64,000 nt of DNA. Source: Solirubrobacteraceae bacterium. Its GTDB lineage: Bacteria > Actinomycetota > Thermoleophilia > Solirubrobacterales > Solirubrobacteraceae. The DNA lies in contig JBOGYE010000259.1 in NCBI GenBank assembly GCA_050696635.1, positions 503 through 64,502 on the forward strand, given 5' to 3'. The position numbers were made by a program, and so were the translations under genes. The notes under the pieces were generated by a model, which was given only the letters and a program-made list of their open reading frames with translations, had not been told where the DNA came from and ran no database searches. Positions 9,411 to 20,067 of this stretch are shown here, piece after piece; the first letter of the stretch is position 1; each line of letters begins with the position of its first letter.

Positions 9411-9526
9411 CCCGGTGATCTCAGGTTGCCTTGTGGCGGGCTGAGCTTGTGCGCCTATGGCGCTTATATATCAGAGTGCAGACCAGTTGTGGACCAGCTC
9501 GGCCGGAGCCTTAATAATTTTTGCTA

Positions 9527-11095
9527 CTACAGTTGCGTATCTGGCAACTGTCCCGACCAGCCATCGCAGAGCAGCAGCCGCGCGGCCTCGACATCGGGAT
9601 GCAGCGGTCGGTCCTCGAGACCTCCGCCCAGCCGTTCGCGCGCCGCGGCCCACACCGCGCGCGTGCCCGCCCCGACGGGCGCCTGCTCGGCCAGCGCCAG
9701 CGCCCGAACCGCGACCACCAGCTCGGTCGCGACAGCGATCCTGACCGCGTCGACGATCTGCGCAAGGCGCCGGATCGCGATCGGCGCCAGGCTGGCGTGC
9801 GACTCGACTCCATGCGAGACCGAGACCGTCTGCGCCGCGACCGGGAGCGTCAGCGAGCGCGCCTCGGCAGCGGCGGCATGCGCCGTGTACTCGAGAATCA
9901 GCGCGCCCGACTCGGGTCCCGGGTGGCGCGCCAAAAATGGCGCCAGCCCGCTGAGCACGGGATCGAGCAGCGCGCTGACCCGGGCGGCGATCAGCCCACC
10001 CGCGGCGGCCAGGGCGCCGCGCAGCCCATCGACGGCGACGGCCAGGCCGGCGGCGTGGAAGTTGCCGTTCGGCAGCGCGAGGCCGTCGCCGGAGGCGATC
10101 AGCGCGTTCTCGCCGGCGAAGTTCAGGTCCCGCTGGACGACCCGCTCGAGCGCGGACAGCGTGTCGTGCACGGCTCCATCCACCTGCGGCTGAGCGCGAA
10201 ACGGGTAAGGATCCTGGATCCCGCCGGGCCCGGGGGCCCGCGAGCGCCCTGACAGCCCGATCAGCAACTCGCGCATCCGCGCCGCCACCGCCGCCTGGCC
10301 CGGCGCCCGCGCCGCCGGGTGCAGGCGCGCGTCGAGCACGACCGGATCGGCTCCTGCGGCCTCGAACGACAGCGCGGCGACCGACAGCCAGGCGTCGAGC
10401 AGGCGACGGACATCGACGTACAGCAACGCCGCCGAGCCGATACTGAACGCGTTGGAGCTGATCAACGCCAGTCCGTCGCGGGGGCCGAGACGGGCCGGCG
10501 GCAGCCCGGCGTCCGCGAGCGCCGCGCCGGCGTGAACCAGCTCGCTCTCGCGCCAGAACTGGCCTTCGCCAAGCAGCGCCAACCCGACCTCGGAGAGGTT
10601 GGTCAGGTCACCGGTGCCGAGCGATCCGAGCGCGCGGGTGAATGGGGTTAGCCCGGCGTTCAGCGCCGAGACCAGCGCCTGGAGCATCGCGTCGGCGACC
10701 CCTGCGCCGCCGGCCCCGATCTGGTTGGCCAGCGCCGCCATCGCCGCGCGCACGGCCGGCACCGTCAGCGGCTCGCCGGCGCTGCCGGCATGGCTGCGCA
10801 GCAGCGCCAGCGAGTGGGTCTCGCGGTCGGCGTCCCCGGCGACGCCGTGTGAGCGCAGCGAGCCGACCCCGGTCGTCGCTCCATACAGCCCGTCGCCGCG
10901 CGCCAGCAGCGCCGCGATCGCCTCGCGGGCGCGGTCGTTGCGCGCTCTCGCTTCGGGTGCGAGCAGCGCCTGGGCGCCGTGACGCGCGATCGCCTCCACG
11001 CCGCCAGGTGTGAGGCCGGCCCCGTCGAGCAGCACCGGCGCGCGCGCGGCGTCGATGGCTGGTGGTGCCCCGCTTGGCACTGGTGGACGATGCAT
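9527..11095 (-). CDS. Aromatic amino acid ammonia-lyase (HAL) family protein lacking the MIO motif (lyase 1)
   Basis: YGATTGVG, LRSH, QDPYPFR, GNFH. GSLGTGDL replaces GSVGASGDL. Start estimated at ATG 11095. Confidence 0.88.
   Translation of the reverse strand: MHRPPVPSGAPPAIDAARAPVLLDGAGLTPGGVEAIARHGAQALLAPEARARNDRAREAIAALLARGDGLYGATTGVGSLRSHGVAGDADRETHSLALLRSHAGSAGEPLTVPAVRAAMAALANQIGAGGAGVADAMLQALVSALNAGLTPFTRALGSLGTGDLTNLSEVGLALLGEGQFWRESELVHAGAALADAGLPPARLGPRDGLALISSNAFSIGSAALLYVDVRRLLDAWLSVAALSFEAAGADPVVLDARLHPAARAPGQAAVAARMRELLIGLSGRSRAPGPGGIQDPYPFRAQPQVDGAVHDTLSALERVVQRDLNFAGENALIASGDGLALPNGNFHAAGLAVAVDGLRGALAAAGGLIAARVSALLDPVLSGLAPFLARHPGPESGALILEYTAHAAAAEARSLTLPVAAQTVSVSHGVESHASLAPIAIRRLAQIVDAVRIAVATELVVAVRALALAEQAPVGAGTRAVWAAARERLGGGLEDRPLHPDVEAARLLLCDGWSGQLPDTQL
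9532..9548. promoter_or_regulatory. Palindromic operator candidate GTTGC-N7-GCAAC
   Basis: cagttgc-gtatctg-gcaactg is a perfect inverted repeat beside the AT-rich stretch upstream of the ABC operon. The motif recurs at 28370, 36787 and 38696. Confidence 0.55.
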
Positions 11096-11150
11096 CGCGC
11101 GCAAAACTGTAATCGGCGCGTCCGTCGCGCCCCGATATCGTGGCCCGGGA

Positions 11151-12674
11151 ATGGCGCGAGAGGTCACGATCGACGGATGGCCGCTGACCCCGGAGGACGT
11201 GATCGAGATCGCCCGCCGGGGCGCTCGCGTGGCACTCGCGCCGGCTGCGCGCGAGCGAATCCGGGCCGCGTCCGAGCTGGTCCGCGCCGCGGCGCGGGCA
11301 GGGCTACCCGTCTACGGAGTGACGACTGGACTGGGCCATCACGTCGTCGAGCGCGTCGACGGCGGCGACGGCGAGGAGCTGTCGCTGCGAATCGTGCGAG
11401 GGCGTGCGAACGCCGTCGGGGAGCCGCTTGCGAGTGAGCTGGTCAGGGCGGCGATGGTGGTGCGCGCGAGCGGCCTGGCCGCCGGCGGCGCCGGAGCCCG
11501 CGTGGAGGTCGCTGACGGACTGGTGGCGCTGCTCAACTCGGGCGTGCACCCGACGATGCCCCGCAGCGGCTCGGTCGGCGCCTCAGACCTCTGCCTGATG
11601 GCACATGTCGGCCTGACCCTGGTCGGCGAGGGCGAGGCGGAGCTGGGCGGCGAGCGGATGGCGGCGGCGCGAGCGCTGGCCGCGGCCGGCCTTGAGCCGG
11701 TAGCGCTCGGGCCCAAGGACGGGCTGGCGATCTGCTCGAGCTCGGCGGTGTGTGCCGGGACGGCGGCGCTGGCGCTCGCCGACGCCGAGCACTGGCTGCG
11801 TTGCGCGCAGATCGCGGCGGCGCTGTCGATGGAGGGCTTTCGAGCGAACCTCAGCCCGCTGGACCCGCGGGTCGTCGCCGCGCGCCCGGCGCCCGGTCAG
11901 GAGTGGGCCGCCGGCGGGCTGCGTGCCCTGCTGGCCGGCGGGTCGCTGACTCAGGCCGGCGCCGCGCGCCGGCTTCAGGATCCGCTCAGCCTCCGCTGCG
12001 TGGCGTCGATCCACGGGTCGCTGCGGGCGGCGCTCGATCTGCTGGCGGCCGCCGTCGAGCCCGAGCTGGGCGGCGCGGCCGACAACCCGCTGGTGCTGGC
12101 CGCTGACGGGGAGATCCTCAGCACAGGCAACTTCCATGTACCGGCGCTGGCGCTGGCGCTGGATGCGGTCGCGATCGGGCTGGCGCAGGTGGCGACCGCA
12201 ATCGCCGAGCGCCAGGGACGGCTGAAATCCTCGCGGCTCAGCGACCTGCCAGACGCTCTGACCCCGCACGGGCCGGGGAGCTCGGGGTTCGGCCCGCTCG
12301 GCAAGACGGCACAGGCGCTGGCGATCGAGGTCCGCCACCTGGCCGCGCCGCTGTCGACGATGGGGACGGTCGGGGCCGACGGGGTCGAGGATGACTCGAC
12401 CGGCGCCACGCAGGCGGCGCTGCGGATGCGCGACCAGCTCGAGCGGTGCTGGCCGCTGGTCGCACTCGAGCTGATCGTCGCGGCGCAGGCGGTCGACCTG
12501 GCTTCGCCCGAGCGACTGGGCGCCGGGACCGCCGCCGCGATGGCGTGCGTGCGCGAACTGGTGCCGCCGCTTGATCAGGACCGTCCGCTCGGCGTCGACG
12601 TCGAGCGTCTGGCCGTCCGCGCGCTGCGCAGCGGCCTGCTGGCGAAGCGCGTCGGCGGGACCGTGCCGGCGTGA
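11151..12674 (+). CDS. HAL-family lyase lacking the MIO motif (lyase 2)
   Basis: YGVTTGLG, GSVGASDL (no Gly of ASG), QDPLSLRC, DNPL, GNFH. Start ATG 11151. Confidence 0.9.
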   Translation: MAREVTIDGWPLTPEDVIEIARRGARVALAPAARERIRAASELVRAAARAGLPVYGVTTGLGHHVVERVDGGDGEELSLRIVRGRANAVGEPLASELVRAAMVVRASGLAAGGAGARVEVADGLVALLNSGVHPTMPRSGSVGASDLCLMAHVGLTLVGEGEAELGGERMAAARALAAAGLEPVALGPKDGLAICSSSAVCAGTAALALADAEHWLRCAQIAAALSMEGFRANLSPLDPRVVAARPAPGQEWAAGGLRALLAGGSLTQAGAARRLQDPLSLRCVASIHGSLRAALDLLAAAVEPELGGAADNPLVLAADGEILSTGNFHVPALALALDAVAIGLAQVATAIAERQGRLKSSRLSDLPDALTPHGPGSSGFGPLGKTAQALAIEVRHLAAPLSTMGTVGADGVEDDSTGATQAALRMRDQLERCWPLVALELIVAAQAVDLASPERLGAGTAAAMACVRELVPPLDQDRPLGVDVERLAVRALRSGLLAKRVGGTVPA

Positions 12675-13684
12675 GTGCGATCGAGCTCACGTACCTGTCG
12701 GGCGACGACATCGACGCCGTCGCGCCGACCGACGACGAGATCCTTGACTCGGTTCGCGCGGTCCTGGCCGCACAGGGTCGCGGCGAGACGGTGCTCGAAC
12801 CGCGCATGCACCTGTTCCCCAGCGACGCCAACGGGCACTTCAACGTGCTGCGCGGCGCCGTGCCCGGGGCCGCCGGGGTCAAGGTCGTCGGCGACTACGT
12901 CGACAACCATCGACTCGGCCTGCCGTCCGAGCTGGCGCTGCTGCTGATGATGGACCCGGCCAACGGCGCGCCGACCGCGATCCTCGACGCCACCGCGATC
13001 ACCGAGATGCGCACCGGCGCGGTGACCGCGATCGGCGCCGAGCACCTCGCGCGCGGGGACGCGCGCGTGCTCGGCCACGTGGGCGCGCGCGGAACGGCGT
13101 ACTGGAACGTGCGGCTGCTGGCCCGGGTGTTGCCGTCGCTTGAAGAGATTCGCGTGCACTCCTTGCGTGCCGGCAGCCGCGAGGCGTTCGCGCAGCGTCT
13201 GCGAGCGGACCTGGGTCCCGGCTTACAGGTGCGCGCCGTGGCGAGCTGGGAGGAGTGCCTGGCCGGCGCCGACGTGCTGGTCGAGGCCAGCCGGCTGACG
13301 GAGCCGGCGCCGCTGCTTCACACGGGGTGGGCGGCACCCGGTACGCTCCTGATCCCCTACGGGACCGTGAGCGCTGTCGAACTCGATCTGACCGACGCGA
13401 TGGACAAGGTCGTCGTCGACGACTGGGGTCAGGCGACGGTTGGCCCCCTCGGCGCGCTGCGCGCCCACGTGGACTCCGGCCGCCTGACACAGGCCGACCT
13501 GCACGCCGAGCTCGGACAGATCGTGTGCGGCGCCCGCCCCGGGCGAGAGGGCGCCCAGGAACGGATCCTGTTCTGGCACCGCGGCCTGTCGATCACCGAC
13601 GTGGCGCTGGGCGAGACGATCCTGGCCAAGGCGCGGGCGACGGGCATCGGCACCACGCTTGCATACAGGCGGGCGGCCCGATGA
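12671..13684 (+). CDS. Ornithine cyclodeaminase/mu-crystallin family protein
   Basis: GVKVV, ITEMRTGAVTAIGA, Rossmann-like VGARGTA, ELGQIV..RPGR, RGLSITDVA. GTGA overlap with lyase 2. Confidence 0.9.
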   Translation: MSAIELTYLSGDDIDAVAPTDDEILDSVRAVLAAQGRGETVLEPRMHLFPSDANGHFNVLRGAVPGAAGVKVVGDYVDNHRLGLPSELALLLMMDPANGAPTAILDATAITEMRTGAVTAIGAEHLARGDARVLGHVGARGTAYWNVRLLARVLPSLEEIRVHSLRAGSREAFAQRLRADLGPGLQVRAVASWEECLAGADVLVEASRLTEPAPLLHTGWAAPGTLLIPYGTVSAVELDLTDAMDKVVVDDWGQATVGPLGALRAHVDSGRLTQADLHAELGQIVCGARPGREGAQERILFWHRGLSITDVALGETILAKARATGIGTTLAYRRAAR

Positions 13685-14877
13685 CGGAGGTGTTCGTCGC
13701 CCGCCAGCCGATCTTCGACCACCGGCTCGAGGTGGTCGGCTACGAGCTGCTGTTCAGGTCCGGGGCGCAGGCCGTCGCGCTGGTCAAGGACGCCGAGGTG
13801 GCCACGGCGAACGTCGTCCTGACCTCGTTCACCGAGCTCGGGCTGGAGCGGATCGTCGGTGGCCGCCCGGCGTGGATCAACGTGTCCCGGGAGTTCCTGC
13901 TGCAGGGCTTCGTGCGCTCGCTGCCGGCCGACCGGGTCGTGCTGGAGATCCTCGAGGATCAGCTGATCGACGACCAGCTGATCGCCGCCGTCGCGGCGCT
14001 CAAGCACGAGGGCTACCGCGTGGCGCTGGACGATTTTCGCTTCACGCCGAGCGCCGAGCCGCTGCTGGCGCTAGCCGACATCGTCAAGCTGGACCTGCTC
14101 GATCTGGGGGCCGAGGGTCTGCGCAGCGAAGTTGCGCGCCTGCGGCCCCACGGCGTCGCGCTGGTTGCCGAGAAGCTCGAGACCCGGGAGGACTTCACGA
14201 TCGGCGCGGACGCCGGCTGCGACCTGTTCCAGGGCTACTTCTTCTGCCGCCCGGAGCTGGTCTCGGGCCCCGCGATCGACGCAAACCGGATGTCGCTGCT
14301 GAAGCTGCTGGCGGTGCTGGCGCAGCCGGGCGTGGAGCTGGCCGATCTGCAGCAGACGATCGCGCTGGATCTGCGCCTCACATACCGCCTGCTGCGATAC
14401 ATCAACTCCGCGTTCTTCGGGCTGCGCCAGGAGGTTCGCTCGATCGGGCAGGCCCTGGCACTGCTGGGTGTCGAGCGACTGCGGCAGTGGGCCGCCCTGA
14501 GCGTGTTCGCCAGCGTTGAGTCCAAGCCCACCGAGCTGACGCTGACGGCGCTCGTCCGTGCCCGGTTCTGCGAGCTCGCCGGCCAGCGCGAGGGCGATGC
14601 CAGTGCCGGCGAGCTGTTCACCGTCGGGCTGTTCTCCCTGGTGGACGCGGTGATGGACCTGCCGATGTCGGAGATCGTGTCGCGGATCCCGTTCGCGGAC
14701 GACACGCGCGCGGCGCTGGTGGATCATGCCGGTGCGCGTGGCCGGCTGATCGAGTGCGCGATCGCGCTCGAGCAGGGGCGGTTCGAGAACGCCGAGCAGA
14801 TGGTCCCCGGGGCCGGAGATCTGTACCTGGAGGCCGTCACCTGGGCCGACGAGGCCGCCGGGACGCTGTTCGCTTAG
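13681..14877 (+). CDS. EAL and HDOD domain protein (YuxH/PdeH-like)
   Basis: [45 protein letters not shown] 13681 overlaps the OCD stop. Confidence 0.9.
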   Translation: MTEVFVARQPIFDHRLEVVGYELLFRSGAQAVALVKDAEVATANVVLTSFTELGLERIVGGRPAWINVSREFLLQGFVRSLPADRVVLEILEDQLIDDQLIAAVAALKHEGYRVALDDFRFTPSAEPLLALADIVKLDLLDLGAEGLRSEVARLRPHGVALVAEKLETREDFTIGADAGCDLFQGYFFCRPELVSGPAIDANRMSLLKLLAVLAQPGVELADLQQTIALDLRLTYRLLRYINSAFFGLRQEVRSIGQALALLGVERLRQWAALSVFASVESKPTELTLTALVRARFCELAGQREGDASAGELFTVGLFSLVDAVMDLPMSEIVSRIPFADDTRAALVDHAGARGRLIECAIALEQGRFENAEQMVPGAGDLYLEAVTWADEAAGTLFA

Positions 14878-14916
14878 GGGTCCCGTCAGTAAGTCAGTAA
14901 TTCTGACGGGACCCCT
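14876..14916. repeat. Perfect 14-bp inverted repeat (terminator or REP-like hairpin)
   Basis: aggggtcccgtcag-(13 nt)-ctgacgggacccct, overlapping and directly following the EAL-HDOD stop codon. Confidence 0.6.
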
Positions 14917-14965
14917 TTGGACCGCCGCCGGTCGCGGTGGCGGACTGCGCTACCGTGCCGACGCG

Positions 14966-16605
<1,640 letters not shown>

Positions 16606-16609
<4 letters not shown>

Positions 16610-17907
16610 GCGAGGCCGGCCGCGTTTTCGCCGGCGCAGATCAGTCGCTGCACGCGGGCTGGGTCTCGATCGAGGGCGCGGCACAGGTGCTGCGCCCGCC
16701 GCGCGACGGCCTGGAGCACCTGCGCGGCGATCAGCTCGAGGCCCAGACGCTGGACCCCGGCGCCGTGGCCGTGCGCGACGGGCTGATCGCCGAGTTCGGC
16801 GCGGTCGTCGGCGGCGACGCCGCCACGCGGATCGACGCCTCGGGCTGCGCCGTGCTGCCGGGGTTCGTCGACTGCCACACCCACCTGCCGTTCGTGGGCT
16901 GGCGGGCGCAGGAGTACCAGCAGAAGCTGAGCGGCGTCCCGTACGAGCAGATCTCCCGCGCCGGCGGCGGGATCGCCGCGTCGGCGCGGGCGCTGCGCGA
17001 GACCGCGGACGACGACGTGCTGGGGCAGGCCGCGGCCTTGGCAAAGGAGATGCTGGCCGCCGGCACCACCACGTTCGAGTGCAAGTCAGGCTATGGGCTG
17101 TCGCGCGAGGGGGAGATGCGCGCGCTGGTGCTCGCCCGCGCGCTGGAGATCCGAGTAGCGCAGAGCACCGTCTCGACCGCGCTGCTCGCGCACGCGGTGC
17201 CGCCGGAGCACACGGCCGACTCGTGGATGGAGGTGGTTCAGGCGATGCTGGGCGAGGTGATCGCCGCGGGGAGCGTGACGGCGCTGGACATCTTCGTGGA
17301 GTCGATCGCCTTCTCCGTCGACCATCTCCAGCTGATGGGCGAGCTGGCCGCGGCGGCCGGGCTGGCGCTGCGCTGCCACGTCGAGCAGCTGTCGTGCATG
17401 CGCTCGGTGCCGATCGCGCTGGCCGCCGGCGCGCGCTCGGTCGATCATCTCTCGATGCTGTCGGCGCAGGACGTGGCGCCGTTGGCCGCCGCGCCCTGCG
17501 CCGCGGTGCTGCTGCCCGCGGCCGAGTTCCTCGGCGACGAGCACCGCGCGCCGGGGCGGGCGCTGCTGGATGCCGGAGCGCTGGTCGCGCTGGCGACCGA
17601 CGCCAACCCGGGCACGGCGCCGGTCGTGTCGATGCCGGTGGTGATCGGGCTTGGCTCGCGGCTGTACGGGATGACGATCCGCGAGGCGCTCGGCGCGGTG
17701 ACCCTGAACGCCGCCTGGGTCCTGGGGCTGGCGCACGACCGCGGCTCGATCGAGGTCGGCAAGCGCGCCGACCTGCTGTTGCTGGACGGGCCGGCCGAGA
17801 TGCTCCCCTATCGCTTCGCCCGCAACCCGGTGGCGATCGCGCTGGTCGGCGGCGAGGTCGCCTATGTGCGCGACCGGGCCGCCGCGGACAGGATCGTGCG
17901 CGGATGA
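16606..17907 (+). CDS. hutI: Imidazolonepropionase
   Basis: [38 protein letters not shown]. Confidence 0.93.
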
Positions 17908-19043
17908 CCCGCACGGCGCTCGTGCCGGGTATGGCAAATGCGCATTCGCACGCATTCCAGCTCGACCTGCGTGGCGCCGCCGAGCGCGTCAGCGCCGCGG
18001 GCGCGGACGACGACTTCTGGAGCTGGCGCACCGAGATGTACCGGCTGGCCGGCGGTTACACGCCGGAGTCGATGGGGGAGGTGGGCCGGCGCGTCTACGG
18101 TCAGATGGCGGCTGCCGGCTATGGCGCCGTGGGCGAGTTCCACTACGTGCATCACCGCCCTGATGGGACGCCGTATGAGGACCCCAACGCGATGGCGATC
18201 GCGCTCGCGCAGGCGGCGGTCGCGGCCGGACTTGAGATCGTGCTGCTGCTCGCGGCCTACCACCGAGGAGGCGCGGGAGCGCCACCAAGTGCCGGCCAGC
18301 TGCGTTTCTGCGACCCGACCGTGGAGGCGTTCCTTCAGCGCGTCGATGACCTGCGCGCGTGGGCAGGCGCGCGACCGGGCGTGTCGGTCGGGGTCGCGGC
18401 CCACAGCGTCCGCGCGGTGCCGGCCGACTGGCTGGTGCAGATCGCGCGCTACGCGGACGCTCATGAGCTCGTGCGCCACGTGCACGCCTCCGAGCAGCGC
18501 CGGGAGCTGGCCGAGTGCGAGGCCGAGCACGGCTGCTCGCCGATCGAGCTGCTCGGTCAGACCGGCTTCCTCGGGCCGCGCACGAGCGTGATCCACGCGA
18601 TCCACGTCTCGGACCGAGACATCGAGCTGCTGGCCCGCTCAGACTCGATCGTCGTCAGCTGCCCGACGACCGAGGGCAACCTCGGCGACGGTCACCTGCC
18701 GGCGCTGCGCTACCGCGAGGCGGGCGTCCGGCTGGCGATCGGAACCGACGAGCAGGTGCGGATCGATCCGTTCGAGGAGCTGCGTGAGCTCGAGACGCTC
18801 GCGCGGCGCGAGGGCCAGACACGGTTCGCCCTGCTGGCCGGCGCCGGCGGGGACCTTTGGGGGCAGATGGTCACCAACGGCCGCGCCAGCCTCGGGCTCG
18901 ACGACGACACACCGCCCGCCGAGATCGAGATCGATCTCGACCACCCCGATCTGGCAACGGTGCGGCGGGACGACCTGATGCTCGCGCTGGCGACCTGCGC
19001 GTCGGCCGGCGTCGTGCGTCGTGGGGTGGGGCGGACCGAGTAG
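17904..19043 (+). CDS. hutF: Formimidoylglutamate deiminase (short N-terminus)
   Basis: NAHSHAFQ, FWSWRTEMY, GEFHYVHH, HSVRAV, CPTTEGNLGDG. ATG 17904 overlaps the hutI stop. Confidence 0.9.
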   Translation: MTRTALVPGMANAHSHAFQLDLRGAAERVSAAGADDDFWSWRTEMYRLAGGYTPESMGEVGRRVYGQMAAAGYGAVGEFHYVHHRPDGTPYEDPNAMAIALAQAAVAAGLEIVLLLAAYHRGGAGAPPSAGQLRFCDPTVEAFLQRVDDLRAWAGARPGVSVGVAAHSVRAVPADWLVQIARYADAHELVRHVHASEQRRELAECEAEHGCSPIELLGQTGFLGPRTSVIHAIHVSDRDIELLARSDSIVVSCPTTEGNLGDGHLPALRYREAGVRLAIGTDEQVRIDPFEELRELETLARREGQTRFALLAGAGGDLWGQMVTNGRASLGLDDDTPPAEIEIDLDHPDLATVRRDDLMLALATCASAGVVRRGVGRTE

Positions 19044-19052
19044 CTGCCCGCA

Positions 19053-19173
19053 GCTGTCAATCTGAGGCGCGCGAGCGCCCACGGACACATGCGCGCTTCA
19101 GATTGACGGCCGGCTGTCACGCTCACGGCCCGCACGCTCGCGGTGGCCCGTGCGCGCTTCAGATTGACGGCCG
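19053..19173. repeat. Tandem ~61-bp palindromic units between convergent genes (hairpin/REP-like)
   Basis: 23-bp direct repeat tgcgcgcttcagattgacggccg at 19090 and 19151, with an inverted copy at 19053-19072. Confidence 0.7.
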
Positions 19174-20067
19174 CATGCGCAGGCGCACGCCGGCCAGATC
19201 CTCGTACAGGCGGATCGCGCTCATCTCGCCGGCGCTGTCGCCGTAGGCGGCGCGGGCGCGGTGGTGGATCTGCTCGACCAGCGCCGACAGCTCGACCGGG
19301 ACGCCGACGTCGCGCGCCAGCCCCACCGCGAGCCCGAGGTCCTTGGTGACCAGCTCCATCGCGAAGCCCTCGTCGTAGTCGCCGTCTGACAGCAGCGGCA
19401 GGACGTCGCGCTCCAGGAACGCCGAGTTGGCGGGGGAGGCGACCAGCGCGGCATGGAGGGTGTCGAGCGGCACGCCCGCGCTGACGCCGACGGTCAGCGC
19501 CTCGGCGGTCGCGACCGACTGCACGAACCACAGCAGGTTCAACAGCAGCTTGACCGTGTAGCCGCCGCCGGCCGGGCCCAGGTGGTAGATCCGCTCGGGG
19601 TCGCCGATCGCGCGCAGCACCGGCAGCGCGCGAGCGAACGCGGACTGCTCGCCGCCGACGTAGATCGCCAGCGTGCCGGCCTGCGCGCCGATCGTCTGTC
19701 CGGCCACCGGCGCGTCGATCAGGGCCACGCCGGCGCTGTCGGCGGCCGCTCGCGCGGCGCGGCCGACATCCAGCGAGCTGGTGCTCATCTCGATCACCAG
19801 CGATCCCGGCGCCATCGCCGCGATCGCCCCGTCGGAGCCGCACAGCACGGCCTGCACCTGCGCCGGCCCCGGCAGGCTCGTGACCAGCACGTCCACATCC
19901 GCCACGCAGTCGCCGACGCCGGCGGCGGCGGCGGCGCCGTCGGCGACCGCGCGCGCCAGCGCGTCGCCGTCCAGGTCGAATGCCCGCACCGAAAACCCGG
20001 CCTCCACGACCTGGCGGCACATGTGCGAGCCCATCCGCCCCAGCCCGATGAACGCCACCGACGTCAC
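19159..20067 (-). CDS. NAD(P)-dependent oxidoreductase, 3-hydroxyisobutyrate dehydrogenase family
   Basis: FIGLGRMG, DAPVAG, catalytic VKLLLN, KDLGLA. Confidence 0.9.
   Translation of the reverse strand: MTSVAFIGLGRMGSHMCRQVVEAGFSVRAFDLDGDALARAVADGAAAAAGVGDCVADVDVLVTSLPGPAQVQAVLCGSDGAIAAMAPGSLVIEMSTSSLDVGRAARAAADSAGVALIDAPVAGQTIGAQAGTLAIYVGGEQSAFARALPVLRAIGDPERIYHLGPAGGGYTVKLLLNLLWFVQSVATAEALTVGVSAGVPLDTLHAALVASPANSAFLERDVLPLLSDGDYDEGFAMELVTKDLGLAVGLARDVGVPVELSALVEQIHHRARAAYGDSAGEMSAIRLYEDLAGVRLRMRPSI

Noticed and set aside
9474..9500. DasR/HutC-like TGGTC half-sites upstream of the ABC operon
   Set aside because: Weak match to the palindromic consensus and no GntR-family gene in the window; cannot be supported.
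9527..12674. Calling the lyases hutH, or pseudogenes
   Set aside because: None has the ASG needed for MIO, so hutH is unsupported. The frames are intact with conserved catalytic Tyr-loop, QD..R and GNF motifs, so they are not decayed.
19090..19173. 23-bp repeat with a 38-bp spacer as a mini CRISPR array
   Set aside because: Only two direct copies, an inverted copy upstream, one copy overlaps a stop codon, and there are no cas genes.
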